Assembly: GCA_902532805.1 (NCBI GenBank)
Contig: CACAJQ010000003.1
Span: 18,007-82,006 of the forward strand
Direction of reading: 5' to 3'
Source of the DNA: an uncultured Pelagibacteraceae bacterium
Lineage (GTDB): Bacteria; Pseudomonadota; Alphaproteobacteria; Pelagibacterales; Pelagibacteraceae
DNA length: 64,000 nucleotides
The notes beneath the pieces are model-generated. The model ran no database searches, had not been told where the DNA came from, and saw nothing but the letters and a program-made list of their open reading frames with translations. A program made the translations under genes and the position numbers. Positions 1-9,161 of this stretch are shown piece by piece (position 1 is the first letter of the stretch; each line of letters starts with the position of its first letter).

Positions 1-113
1 TCTAAAGCAGGTTCGGGTGCTGGAATACAAGTACCATCTGCTCTTCCAACAATTACATGTTTTAATGGATCCCATTCATTCCAACTGTTAACAATCTTAT
101 TATTTTGAACCAT
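1..113 (-). CDS. Amidinotransferase (L-arginine:glycine / inosamine-phosphate amidinotransferase family), N-terminal fragment running off the window
   Basis: Manual translation from ATG at 113 gives MVQNNKIVNSWNEWDPLKHVIVGRADGTCIPAPEPAL; VNSWNEWDPLxxVIVGR is the family N-terminal signature. Not in the ORF track. Confidence 0.75.
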   Translation of the reverse strand, partial: MVQNNKIVNSWNEWDPLKHVIVGRADGTCIPAPEPAL

Positions 114-119
114 GTAAAA

Positions 120-1025
120 TTAATTTAATCCAATAAATCTTCTATTAGATTGCATTATCATACTATAATAAAATATAGCTAAAAAAATAAAGAAGCCCCC
201 AATAATTGTGTTAGTTGAAGGAATTTCATTTATTCCAAGCCATGGAAGCCAAACCCAAAATATTCCTCCTATTACTTCAGTCAAAGACAATAGAGTCAAA
301 TCAGCTGCTGGAATATGTTTTGATCCAATTGAGTAAAGAATTAAGCCCATGCATACAAGTGTTCCATGAGTAGCAAATAACGCTTCATTTTTATTTGAGG
401 ATAAGAAATTTGCATCGTTATTTAAAAGCATAACTGTTGAAAATAAAAAACAAAATAATCCAGCTATAGCAACAGTTGTAAACTTGGGAGTTTGTTTTCT
501 CCATCTCAGACTTACTGAAAAAATTGAAAAACCTAGTGCAGATACTAATCCAAATATTAGACCCATTAAAGAATTTTCTTCAGTATTACCGTAGGCCATT
601 ACTATTATACCAAATGCAGCAACTAAAATTGATATCCATACTGTAATTGATATTTTTTCTTTCAAAAAAAGAAAACCAAGTAACGCGGTTATAAAAGGCA
701 TAGCAGCCAAACATAATAGAGTTACTGCTGCTGTCGTGTTAGTAATTGACCAAATAAAAGTTATCATTGCTGTTCCTAAACCAACACCACCTATAACTCC
801 AGATATCCCAATTTTTAAATAATTTTTATAAAAAGAAATTCCTTCTTCCAAAAATAAGTAAACATTGAGCAATAAAAAAATAACAATACCTCTAGCAAAC
901 AAGTATTGCCAAGGGACAGTTTCGGGTTGATCTATATGTCTTACAACATATGGTCCAAATGACCAAAGTATGCCTGCAAATAAAACAATTGGAATAGCTA
1001 CTTTAGGATTTTTTAAATCAGGCAT
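120..1025 (-). CDS. DMT/EamA family transporter
   Basis: 301 aa, about 10 hydrophobic segments, two-repeat layout with LFLKEKI and NEIP motifs. Confidence 0.85.
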   Translation of the reverse strand: MPDLKNPKVAIPIVLFAGILWSFGPYVVRHIDQPETVPWQYLFARGIVIFLLLNVYLFLEEGISFYKNYLKIGISGVIGGVGLGTAMITFIWSITNTTAAVTLLCLAAMPFITALLGFLFLKEKISITVWISILVAAFGIIVMAYGNTEENSLMGLIFGLVSALGFSIFSVSLRWRKQTPKFTTVAIAGLFCFLFSTVMLLNNDANFLSSNKNEALFATHGTLVCMGLILYSIGSKHIPAADLTLLSLTEVIGGIFWVWLPWLGINEIPSTNTIIGGFFIFLAIFYYSMIMQSNRRFIGLN

Positions 1026-1072
1026 AAATTAATTTATTTTTTATAAATTTTAAGTGATATTATTAAATAAAT

Positions 1073-1474
1073 ATGGATTTAGATATAATAAAAATTGCAT
1101 CTGACACGACTAATAATAAGATATTGAAAGATTACACCCATAGATCGAAATACAAAAATAAAACTTGTGGTGATATAATTGAAATGAGAGTTAATATTAA
1201 GAAAGATATAATACAAGATGTTGGGTATCAGACAAAGTCTTGTGTATACTGTCAGGCTTCTGCAAGCTTAATATCTCACAAACTTATCAAAAATAATAAA
1301 AATAAAATTAATTATTTATTAAAAAATCTTATCGATTATTTTGAAAAAGAAATTAAACCTTTGCCAAAAAATCTAAATAAATTTAATAAATTGTTTAATA
1401 AAAAAAATATATCTAGAAAAAACTGTGTATTAATGCCATTAATTGCACTTAAGAAACTCAACATTGATGAATAA
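1073..1474 (+). CDS. IscU/SufU (NifU N-terminal)-like Fe-S scaffold protein
   Basis: NKTCGD, SCVYCQASAS and RKNCVLMP give the three conserved Cys plus Asp. Confidence 0.75.
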   Translation: MDLDIIKIASDTTNNKILKDYTHRSKYKNKTCGDIIEMRVNIKKDIIQDVGYQTKSCVYCQASASLISHKLIKNNKNKINYLLKNLIDYFEKEIKPLPKNLNKFNKLFNKKNISRKNCVLMPLIALKKLNIDE

Positions 1475-1931
1475 TTTGGATATTAAAAAACCTCTTATCG
1501 CAGCAATATTTTCTACTTTGACAATTGGAGTTTTGTCATTGCTTACTTATAAAACACCTTATGGATTATTTTTGATTGCTTCCTTTGGTTCTACAATGGT
1601 TTTACTTTATGGGTATCCAGAAAGTCCTTTTGCAAAACCTAAAAATATATTTTTTGGTCATTTTTTAACTGCACTTGTTGGTGTGATATTTGTGAATTTC
1701 GTTCCACTTCCGATATATATTATTATACCTGTCGCTGTTGGAATAGGTGTCGGATTAATGATCATTCTTAATGTAACCCACCCTCCTGCAGGAGGGAATC
1801 CTATAATTGTGATCATGGGATCTGTATCTTTTGAATATTTAATATCCCCAGTTATAAGTGGATCAATTATTGTGATAGTTTTCGGCATAATCTTGAATAA
1901 GTTTATTGCTAAAAGGAATTACCCAAAATAA
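1467..1931 (+). CDS. HPP family membrane protein
   Basis: ASFGSTMVLLYGYPESPFAKP and THPPAGG motifs; ATG at 1467 preferred to the TTG at 1443. Confidence 0.85.
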   Translation: MNNLDIKKPLIAAIFSTLTIGVLSLLTYKTPYGLFLIASFGSTMVLLYGYPESPFAKPKNIFFGHFLTALVGVIFVNFVPLPIYIIIPVAVGIGVGLMIILNVTHPPAGGNPIIVIMGSVSFEYLISPVISGSIIVIVFGIILNKFIAKRNYPK

Positions 1932-1942
1932 ACACAATTTGT

Positions 1943-1972
1943 TTGCTAGTCCTATTTAACTTGTGCTAGTCT
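1943..1972 (+). promoter_or_regulatory. Putative sigma-70 promoter of formate dehydrogenase
   Basis: TTGCTA (1943-1948), 18-nt spacer, extended -10 TGcTAGTCT (1964-1972); AGGAG Shine-Dalgarno before ATG 2026. Confidence 0.45.
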
Positions 1973-2025
1973 TTTCAAATAATAATTAATAATTTAGCTT
2001 TAAGAAGCTAGTAATAGGAGTAAAA

Positions 2026-3225
2026 ATGAAAGTACTTTGTGTATTGTATGATGATCCAAAAGGAGGAATGCCTAAATCTTATCCTCTGTCGGATTTACCA
2101 AAATTGGAGAAATATCCAGATGGAATGACATTGCCAACGCCTAAAGGAAGAGATTTTACACCAGGCCAATTACTTGGTTGTGTTTCAGGTGAACTTGGTT
2201 TGAGAAAGTTTTTAGAGAGTAATGGACACGAGTTGGTTGTTACTAACAGTAAAGATGGAGATGGATGTGAAGCGGATAAACATATTGTTGATGCTGACAT
2301 TGTTATCTCTCAACCATTTTTCCCTTATTATTTAACTAAAGAAAGAATTGCTAAAGCTAAAAACCTTAAGATGGCAATTACAGCAGGAATAGGTTCTGAT
2401 CACGTTGATTTACAAGCAGCAATGGATAATAAAATTGATGTTGTTGAAGTAACTTTTTGTAATTCAAGATCAGTTGCTGAACACATAGTCATGATGATTG
2501 TTTCAATGGTTAGAGATTATCATAATCAACATAGAATAGTTAATGAAGGTGGATGGAATATTGCAGATGCTGTTCAAAGAAGTTATGACGTTGAAGGAAT
2601 GCATATAGGAACTGTTGCTGCTGGAAGAATAGGATTAGATGCACTTAGAAAAATGAAACCATTTGATGTTCATTTGCACTATTTTGATAGACATAAATTA
2701 CCTGACAGTGTTGAAAAAGAACTAAACTTAACTTTTCATGAGTCGGTAGAGTCTATGGTAAAAGTTTGCGATGTTGTTACAATTAATTGCCCACTTCATC
2801 CTGAAACTGAAAATTTGTTTGATGATGAAATGATAAGCAAAATGAAAAAAGGAGCATACATAGTTAACACTGCAAGAGGTAAAATTTGTAATCGAGACGC
2901 AATAGCAAAAGCACTAAAAAGCGGACAACTAAGTGGTTACGCAGGTGATGTATGGTTTCCTCAGCCCGCTCCAAATGATCATGTATGGAGAACAATGCCA
3001 AATCATGGAATGACACCACATACTTCTGGTACATCTTTATCTGCTCAAGCAAGATATGCAGATGGTGTTAGAGAAATATTAGAATGTTTCTTTGAAGGAA
3101 ATGAAATTAGAAATCAATATTTGATCGTAAAAGATGGCCAATTAGCAGGAATGGGTGCGCACTCTTACAGTAAAGGGTCTGCAACTAGTGGATCAGAAGA
3201 GGCTGCTAAATATCAAAAAAAATAA
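2026..3225 (+). CDS. fdh: NAD-dependent formate dehydrogenase (metal-free, D-2-hydroxyacid dehydrogenase family)
   Basis: LLGCVSGELGLR, TAGIGSDH, GTVAAGRIG, NTARG, GDVWFPQP, MTPHTSG; Asp in YFDRH indicates NAD specificity. Confidence 0.95.
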   Translation: MKVLCVLYDDPKGGMPKSYPLSDLPKLEKYPDGMTLPTPKGRDFTPGQLLGCVSGELGLRKFLESNGHELVVTNSKDGDGCEADKHIVDADIVISQPFFPYYLTKERIAKAKNLKMAITAGIGSDHVDLQAAMDNKIDVVEVTFCNSRSVAEHIVMMIVSMVRDYHNQHRIVNEGGWNIADAVQRSYDVEGMHIGTVAAGRIGLDALRKMKPFDVHLHYFDRHKLPDSVEKELNLTFHESVESMVKVCDVVTINCPLHPETENLFDDEMISKMKKGAYIVNTARGKICNRDAIAKALKSGQLSGYAGDVWFPQPAPNDHVWRTMPNHGMTPHTSGTSLSAQARYADGVREILECFFEGNEIRNQYLIVKDGQLAGMGAHSYSKGSATSGSEEAAKYQKK

Positions 3226-3233
3226 AATAGATT

Positions 3234-3274
3234 TATTAAAGGTATGCTACTTAAATAAGTAGCTACCTTTAATA
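3234..3274 (+). terminator. Stem-loop / probable intrinsic terminator after fdh
   Basis: Inverted repeat TATTAAAGGTA-T-GCTACTTA / TAAGTAGC-TACCTTTAATA. Confidence 0.7.
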
Positions 3275-3311
3275 CCATAGATTTAAACCCTCATTATTAT
3301 ATATTTTGTAT

Positions 3312-3884
3312 ATGAGGTTATTTTATTACTTTTTTTTATTATTTCTTATCTCGACATCATTCTCTCATTCAAAAGATAAAGCGTATTTTGCAGGAGGTTG
3401 CTTCTGGTGCATGGAAGAGTCTTTTGAAATGTTGGAAGGTGTAGAAGAAGTTATATCTGGTTACTCAGGAGGGATCACTGCAAATCCAACATATAGGGAA
3501 GTCACTTATGGAGATACTGGTCATTTTGAGGTTGTTGAAATAATTTATGACAAAGAGAAAATATCCTATAAAGAACTCTTAAAAAATTTCTGGCTTAATA
3601 TTGATCCATTTGATGCTTATGGCCAGTTTTGCGATAAAGGATACAGCTACAGATCTGTAGCATTTTATGAAAACGATTATCAGAAAGATTTAATTGATAA
3701 AGATATAAAAAGATTAGAAAAGAAATTTAAAAAGAAGGTAGTCACATATGTTAAAGAATTTGAGATTTTTTATAAAGCAGAGGATAAACATCAAGATTAC
3801 TATCAAGTATATTTAGAAAATTATTTAAAATATAAGAAAGCATGCAAAAGAGAGAGAATACTTGATATTATTTGGGGATCATAA
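3312..3884 (+). CDS. msrA: Peptide methionine sulfoxide reductase A, probably exported
   Basis: FAGGCFWCME, GYSGG, TGHFEVV, AEDKHQDYY; hydrophobic N-terminal signal-like segment. Confidence 0.93.
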   Translation: MRLFYYFFLLFLISTSFSHSKDKAYFAGGCFWCMEESFEMLEGVEEVISGYSGGITANPTYREVTYGDTGHFEVVEIIYDKEKISYKELLKNFWLNIDPFDAYGQFCDKGYSYRSVAFYENDYQKDLIDKDIKRLEKKFKKKVVTYVKEFEIFYKAEDKHQDYYQVYLENYLKYKKACKRERILDIIWGS

Positions 3885-3887
3885 CTA

Positions 3888-4895
3888 ATGCCTGTAACAA
3901 GCAAATTTGTAGCTTTAAAAAACTATATCCCTACAGGTTTGCCAAAAGAAACTGACTTTGAAATAAAAACTAAGGAGATATCTTTAGATACTAAGAACAA
4001 TATATTGGTTTTAAATTTATGGATTTCAGTTGATCCTTATATGAGGGCAAGGATGACTGAAAGAAAAAACTATAAACCGCCTTTTAATATTGGTGAAGAG
4101 ATGGAAGGTTATGCTTTAGGTATAGTTAAAGAGTCTAAAGACAAAAATTTTAAAGAAGGAGATATTGTTTTTAGTAATTTCGGAATGAGAGATTACTTTG
4201 TTTGTAATTCCAATGATCTAAAAAAAATTGAGCCAATTAATATTCCTATACAAACATATCTGGGTCCACTTGGAATGACAGGTCATACAGCTTATATAGG
4301 ACTTTTTAAACATGGTGAATTAAAACCAGGTCAAACAATCCTTGTTTCTTCAGCTGGAGGTAGTGTTGGATCTACTGTTTGTCAAATTGCAAAAAATATG
4401 GGTTGTAAAGTAATTGCAAGTACAGGATCTGATGAAAAAGTTAAATGGCTGAAAAATGATTTAAAAATTGATCATGCGTTTAACTATAAAAAAATTGAAA
4501 ATCTTGTTTTGCATCTTAAAGAAGTTTGTCCTGAAGGATTTGATTTATATTTTGATAATGTAGGTGGCGATTTCTTAGAGTCAGCTATTTTTCAAATGAA
4601 GAACTTTGGAAGAATTGTAATTTGTGGAAGGATATCCCAAATGAATGCAACTAATCCTGGCTCTGGTTTAAAAAATATGGCTCATGTTCTTGTAAAAAGA
4701 CTAACTATTAAAGGTTTTATAATTTTTGATCATGAAGATGATCGAGAACAGTTTGAAACCGATATGGCTAAATGGCTATTAGAAGATAAAATTAAATTTA
4801 AAGAAACTGTTTACGAGGGTATAGAAAATACGCCAAAATCATTCATTGATTTATTAGAAGGTAAAAACATAGGAAAAATGCTTGTAAAAATTTAA
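3888..4895 (+). CDS. NADP-dependent oxidoreductase (prostaglandin/alkenal reductase, CurA-like MDR family)
   Basis: SVDPYMR, LGMTGHTAY, SAGGSVGS, YFDNVGG, CGRISQ, NIGKMLVK. Confidence 0.88.
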   Translation: MPVTSKFVALKNYIPTGLPKETDFEIKTKEISLDTKNNILVLNLWISVDPYMRARMTERKNYKPPFNIGEEMEGYALGIVKESKDKNFKEGDIVFSNFGMRDYFVCNSNDLKKIEPINIPIQTYLGPLGMTGHTAYIGLFKHGELKPGQTILVSSAGGSVGSTVCQIAKNMGCKVIASTGSDEKVKWLKNDLKIDHAFNYKKIENLVLHLKEVCPEGFDLYFDNVGGDFLESAIFQMKNFGRIVICGRISQMNATNPGSGLKNMAHVLVKRLTIKGFIIFDHEDDREQFETDMAKWLLEDKIKFKETVYEGIENTPKSFIDLLEGKNIGKMLVKI

Positions 4896-4906
4896 TTAGA
4901 ATTTTT

Positions 4907-5077
4907 ATGAAATTTTTAAAGAAATTTTATAGACCCTTTTTATTAACCTATATTTTTTTGAGTATAGCTATCAGTTTTTATCCATCATTTGATTTTTACT
5001 CACTAAAGGGTCAAATTCTTATAATTGCTGTATCTTTTTTTAATGGGATGATGGGAGTTTACGTAAAAAAATTATAA
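4907..5077 (+). CDS. Small hypothetical membrane protein, 56 aa
   Basis: Manual translation MKFLKKFYRPFLLTYIFLSIAISFYPSFDFYSLKGQILIIAVSFFNGMMGVYVKKL; fills the gap between neighbours; two hydrophobic segments. Confidence 0.55.
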   Translation: MKFLKKFYRPFLLTYIFLSIAISFYPSFDFYSLKGQILIIAVSFFNGMMGVYVKKL

Positions 5078-6175
5078 GACGTAGGGCTCGGGTCTTGCAG
5101 AACTATTTAATACTCTTTCGACTGCGAAAACACTAATATCTATAGTTTGATAACTGCCTGTAGTTATTAATTCAGTTAGAGCTCTACCAATTCCTGGTGC
5201 TTGCATTAAACCTCTGCCAGTAAATCCTGAGGCCATGTAAACATTTTCATATTTTGGATGTTTTCCAACTACAGCATTATTATCTAATTTGTTACAATCA
5301 TAATATCCAGCCCATCCACCTGTTAATTTGAGTTCTTCAAATGCTGGTATTCTTTTTGCAAGAGCAGGCCAAACTAATTCTTCAAAATCATTCCATGCAG
5401 GTTCGAGATCTTCTGCATCAAAAACTGAAATTGGAGAACCTGCTAAATATTCTTTTCCTTCTGGTCGCCAATATACTCCTGTTGTTAGATCTCCGGATAA
5501 TGGCATCTCTGGAATATGTTTAGGACATTTAACTCTAAAGACTGTATGTTTTTGAGGTACTACAGGAATATCTTCAAGTAGTTCCTTAGTCCAGCACCCA
5601 GCTGCGGAAATAATTGTCTTTGCATTAATTTCAGATAAGCTCTTAATCTCTCCCTTAATAAATTCTGCCCCAAGATCAATTGCTTTATGCTTTAAAGCGC
5701 TATGAAATAAAAATGGATCAATCCATCCCTCACTCTTGTTATCAGTAAATGTTGCAGTTTCAATTCCTTCCTCATTAATGTAAGGAAAATAGTTTTTCAA
5801 TTCAGAACCTTTAATATTTTTTGTACCCGCTTCACATTCTTTATGATTTTCTAAAGCTCTGTATTGCTCTTCTGCATGATCTGGTCCAAACATTAGAAGA
5901 TATCCATTGGGCACCATGCTAGCTGTTGGATTTGGATTTTTTTCAGTTTTCAATAATTCTGGTATTTGAAATATAAATTCCCTTGCAAATTTTCCTAAAA
6001 GAATATTTTCTTTTTGAAAAAACTGTCGTCTAAATCCACCAAGTGATAATGGGAATGATGCAGTTTTATAAGTTGGATCCCTTTCAATGACTTTTACTTT
6101 TCTGCCTTCTTTGGACATAAAGTATGCAGTTGCAGCTCCAATTATACCACCACCTACTATTACAACATCATCCAT
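5072..6175 (-). CDS. FAD-dependent oxidoreductase (DAO / sarcosine oxidase beta / FOXRED1-like)
   Basis: VVIVGGGIIG, LSLGGFRRQF, EGWIDP, WAGYYD, GFTGRGLMQAPGIG. Confidence 0.85.
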   Translation of the reverse strand: MDDVVIVGGGIIGAATAYFMSKEGRKVKVIERDPTYKTASFPLSLGGFRRQFFQKENILLGKFAREFIFQIPELLKTEKNPNPTASMVPNGYLLMFGPDHAEEQYRALENHKECEAGTKNIKGSELKNYFPYINEEGIETATFTDNKSEGWIDPFLFHSALKHKAIDLGAEFIKGEIKSLSEINAKTIISAAGCWTKELLEDIPVVPQKHTVFRVKCPKHIPEMPLSGDLTTGVYWRPEGKEYLAGSPISVFDAEDLEPAWNDFEELVWPALAKRIPAFEELKLTGGWAGYYDCNKLDNNAVVGKHPKYENVYMASGFTGRGLMQAPGIGRALTELITTGSYQTIDISVFAVERVLNSSARPEPYVL

Positions 6176-6176
6176 A

Positions 6177-6644
6177 TTAGTTTATCAAAAAAATGTTTAT
6201 ATTTAAAAGCAATGCAAAACAACACCATAACAAATATGGAATCATCAAATACATGCTTAATTGACTTATATTCTTATATTTAAATACCAATAAAACAATA
6301 AATATAATTAACACAACAAGATTTAAAATTGCTAAAGAAATATTATGGAAACCAAAGAAAACAACACTCCAAGTTGTATTAAAAAAAAGATGAATGAAAT
6401 ATAAAAATACAATATTTAAATTTTTTGTGTTTTTATGCCACACATTCCATATGGCTATTGTCATAAATAAATAAAGTAATGTCCATACTGGCCCAAATAT
6501 CCAATCTGGTGGATTGTATTGAGGTTTAGATAAATTTGAATACCAAGGTTCTTTAAAATTTATAGTAACCAAACCTCCAATAAATGAAGCTGAAAACGTA
6601 GTAATTGCAAAGAGAATAAAAGATAAAATTTTATTTTTTAGCAT
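6177..6644 (-). CDS. tspO: TspO/MBR tryptophan-rich sensory protein
   Basis: WYSNLSKPQYNPPDWIFGPVWTLLY, WSVVFFG, PYLLW. Confidence 0.92.
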   Translation of the reverse strand: MLKNKILSFILFAITTFSASFIGGLVTINFKEPWYSNLSKPQYNPPDWIFGPVWTLLYLFMTIAIWNVWHKNTKNLNIVFLYFIHLFFNTTWSVVFFGFHNISLAILNLVVLIIFIVLLVFKYKNISQLSMYLMIPYLLWCCFALLLNINIFLIN

Positions 6645-6668
6645 TTAAGTACTATACAGCAGTTAAAT

Positions 6669-7427
6669 ATGAATAAAAAAGTAATTTGGATCACCGGCGG
6701 AAGTACAGGAATTGGCAAAGCACTTGCGTTAAAATTTGCTAATAATGGATGGACAGTTGCTATTTCTGCAAGAAGAGAAAATTTATTAAAAGAAATCGAA
6801 GATAAGCATCAAAATATTAATTCTTTTCCACTTGATGTAAATGATAAGGAAAAGTGTAAGTCTGTTTTTGAAAATATAAAAAAGGAACTTGGTGACATCG
6901 AAATTTGTTTTTTTTCTACGGGAACTTGGGATCCAAAAAAAGAAAAAGAAATTGATGTAGAGCAAATTGAAAATGTATTTAAAGTAAATTTTTTTGGAAC
7001 ATTAAATTGTATAAAAGCAGTTGAAACTCATTTTCGAGAAAGAGGAAAAGGTATTATTACCATTGTATCTTCGATTGCAGGATACAAAGGCTTACCTAAC
7101 TCAAGTGGCTATGGACCATCCAAAGCTGCTTTAAGTAATCTTGCTGAAAGTTTACATTTTGATTTTGGAAGATATGGCGTGAGGGTTTGTTTAGTTTCTC
7201 CAGGCTTTATCAAAACACCAATGACTGATAAGAATGATTTTAAGATGCCTTTTCTAAAAACTCCAGAATTCTCGGCAGACAAAATTTATGATGGGCTTAT
7301 TAATGGTTCTAATTTTGAAATACACTACCCAAAAGAATTAACTTTGATCCTTAAATTTTTAAAAATAATACCTGATCGATTATATTTTTATTTAATACGG
7401 AAATTAACTAAATTACAAAAAAAATAA
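6669..7427 (+). CDS. Short-chain dehydrogenase/reductase
   Basis: TGGSTGIG, SSIAG, YGPSK catalytic motif, PGFIKTPMT. Confidence 0.9.
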   Translation: MNKKVIWITGGSTGIGKALALKFANNGWTVAISARRENLLKEIEDKHQNINSFPLDVNDKEKCKSVFENIKKELGDIEICFFSTGTWDPKKEKEIDVEQIENVFKVNFFGTLNCIKAVETHFRERGKGIITIVSSIAGYKGLPNSSGYGPSKAALSNLAESLHFDFGRYGVRVCLVSPGFIKTPMTDKNDFKMPFLKTPEFSADKIYDGLINGSNFEIHYPKELTLILKFLKIIPDRLYFYLIRKLTKLQKK

Positions 7428-7429
7428 AA

Positions 7430-7978
7430 TTAATCTTTAACAAACATCACAGTCAACTCTGCAACTTTAATTCCAAATTTTGTCATCTTAGCTCTGTTGA
7501 TAGCTACTCTTTCGTCTTGCATAAATATCCAATCATCAAAAGTAATTTTGATATTTTTTCCTTTCACAGGAACTAACAAAACATACTCAAATTTAAATGC
7601 AGGGCCATATGAATACCCCCTAGCCTTACCAACTACATCGCCTGCCGTTCCCTCGTAATTATGTTCATCAATTTTATCTATTACCCATTGCCTATTTTGT
7701 ATTTCACCATCATTCCAAATAAATTTTTCGTCTAATATAAGTTGTTTGCCATCCCACTTACCGTCTAGGTCTGCTGAAAATTGTCTTGTAACTTTACCTG
7801 ATCTGTTTTGTAGTATACCCCAAGCTTTGACGTTTCCGCTTAAATATTCTTCAATTATTAGTCTTGGTTTTTGATCTTTAAAATCTTCTGGTTTCATAGA
7901 TTGATTATTTATACAGCTTGTAATTAATCCTGTGAAAATTATCAATAAAAATACTTTAAAAAATTTTTTGTTAATCAT
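7430..7978 (-). CDS. DUF3833 family lipoprotein
   Basis: Lipobox-like ITSC; GNVKAWG..RSGKVTRQF, FDDWIF, KFGIKV; typical neighbour of cfa-like/DUF1365 genes. Confidence 0.8.
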   Translation of the reverse strand: MINKKFFKVFLLIIFTGLITSCINNQSMKPEDFKDQKPRLIIEEYLSGNVKAWGILQNRSGKVTRQFSADLDGKWDGKQLILDEKFIWNDGEIQNRQWVIDKIDEHNYEGTAGDVVGKARGYSYGPAFKFEYVLLVPVKGKNIKITFDDWIFMQDERVAINRAKMTKFGIKVAELTVMFVKD

Positions 7979-7979
7979 A

Positions 7980-9161
7980 TTAAATTTTATTTTGCATGGA
8001 AAATTGAATTAAATCTATATTCTTTGATTTAAACCCAGCTTCACAATATGACAAATAAAAATGCCACATACGTTTAAATTTATTATCAAATCCGTGTTTT
8101 GAAATCTCTTCCCATTTTTTTAGAAATTCATCTCTCCATATTTTTAAAGTATTGGAATAGTGAGAGCCATATGACTCATATTTTTTTATTTCTAAACCGT
8201 TGCTACTAGATAAATCATATAATTTTCTTTTTGATGGCAAAAAACCTCCAGGAAATATGTATTTTTGTATAAAGTCTTCTTTGGTTTTATATCTGTCAAA
8301 TAAACTATCATCGATTGTTATCGCTTGTATCGCGGCCCTTCCATTCTCAGATAGATTTTTTTTAATACTTTTAAAATAATTGACTAAATAATTTTGCCCA
8401 ACCGCTTCTATCATTTCTATAGATGCGATAGAGTCATATTTGTCTTTTACATCTCTATAATCTTTCAAAAATATATTCACTTTTTCATTCAATCCATTTT
8501 CAAATATTCTTTTTTTTGAAAATTCAAATTGCTCTTTAGAAATTGTTATACAATCTAATTTTACATCATAGTTTTTACCCACATATTCAGCAAAGCCACC
8601 CCAGCCACAGCCAATTTCTAAAATTTTATTTCCTACGTTTGGCTTTATTAATTCTGTAAGCTTTTTATATTTATTTAGTTGAGCAGAAAATAAATCGTCT
8701 TTTTGTTTTTCAAAAATTGCACTTGAATAAGTAAGTGAAGGATCCAACCATAATGAAAAGAAATCATTTCCTAAATCATAATGTTTTGAAATATTTTTCT
8801 TACTTCTACTCTTATTATTTTTTATGAAAATACTCTTTAATTTATTAATCATTGATAAATCAAAAATACCTGAAAATTTATAGACAATTTTTATATTTTT
8901 AGCTGTTATTTCTATTAGATTAGTTAGATTATCTGTTTCAAATTCATTTCGCATGTACGCTTCTGCGAGTCCTACACTTCCCGATTTTATTATTTGAAGT
9001 GTTAAACCAGGTTTGTTAATTTTAATCTTTGCTCTTAATTGTTCACTCTCATTACCAAACTTATATATTTTGCTGTCATGATTTTGAATTTCAAGAAATC
9101 CATGCTTTATTAGTTTTAGAGAATTAAATACGATTTTATCTGACAAAAGATTAAAATTCAT
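7980..9161 (-). CDS. cfa: SAM-dependent fatty-acid methyltransferase, cyclopropane synthase family (UfaM-like)
   Basis: HYDLGNDFF, YSSA, LEIGCGWGG, SIEMIEAVG, FIQKYIFPGG, YLSYCEAGF. Confidence 0.88.
   Translation of the reverse strand: MNFNLLSDKIVFNSLKLIKHGFLEIQNHDSKIYKFGNESEQLRAKIKINKPGLTLQIIKSGSVGLAEAYMRNEFETDNLTNLIEITAKNIKIVYKFSGIFDLSMINKLKSIFIKNNKSRSKKNISKHYDLGNDFFSLWLDPSLTYSSAIFEKQKDDLFSAQLNKYKKLTELIKPNVGNKILEIGCGWGGFAEYVGKNYDVKLDCITISKEQFEFSKKRIFENGLNEKVNIFLKDYRDVKDKYDSIASIEMIEAVGQNYLVNYFKSIKKNLSENGRAAIQAITIDDSLFDRYKTKEDFIQKYIFPGGFLPSKRKLYDLSSSNGLEIKKYESYGSHYSNTLKIWRDEFLKKWEEISKHGFDNKFKRMWHFYLSYCEAGFKSKNIDLIQFSMQNKI

Noticed and set aside
1944-2011. Repeated GCTAGT motifs upstream of fdh as a transcription-factor direct repeat
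   Set aside because: The first two copies coincide with the -35 and -10 boxes of a plausible promoter, and the third is part of a small hairpin before the Shine-Dalgarno
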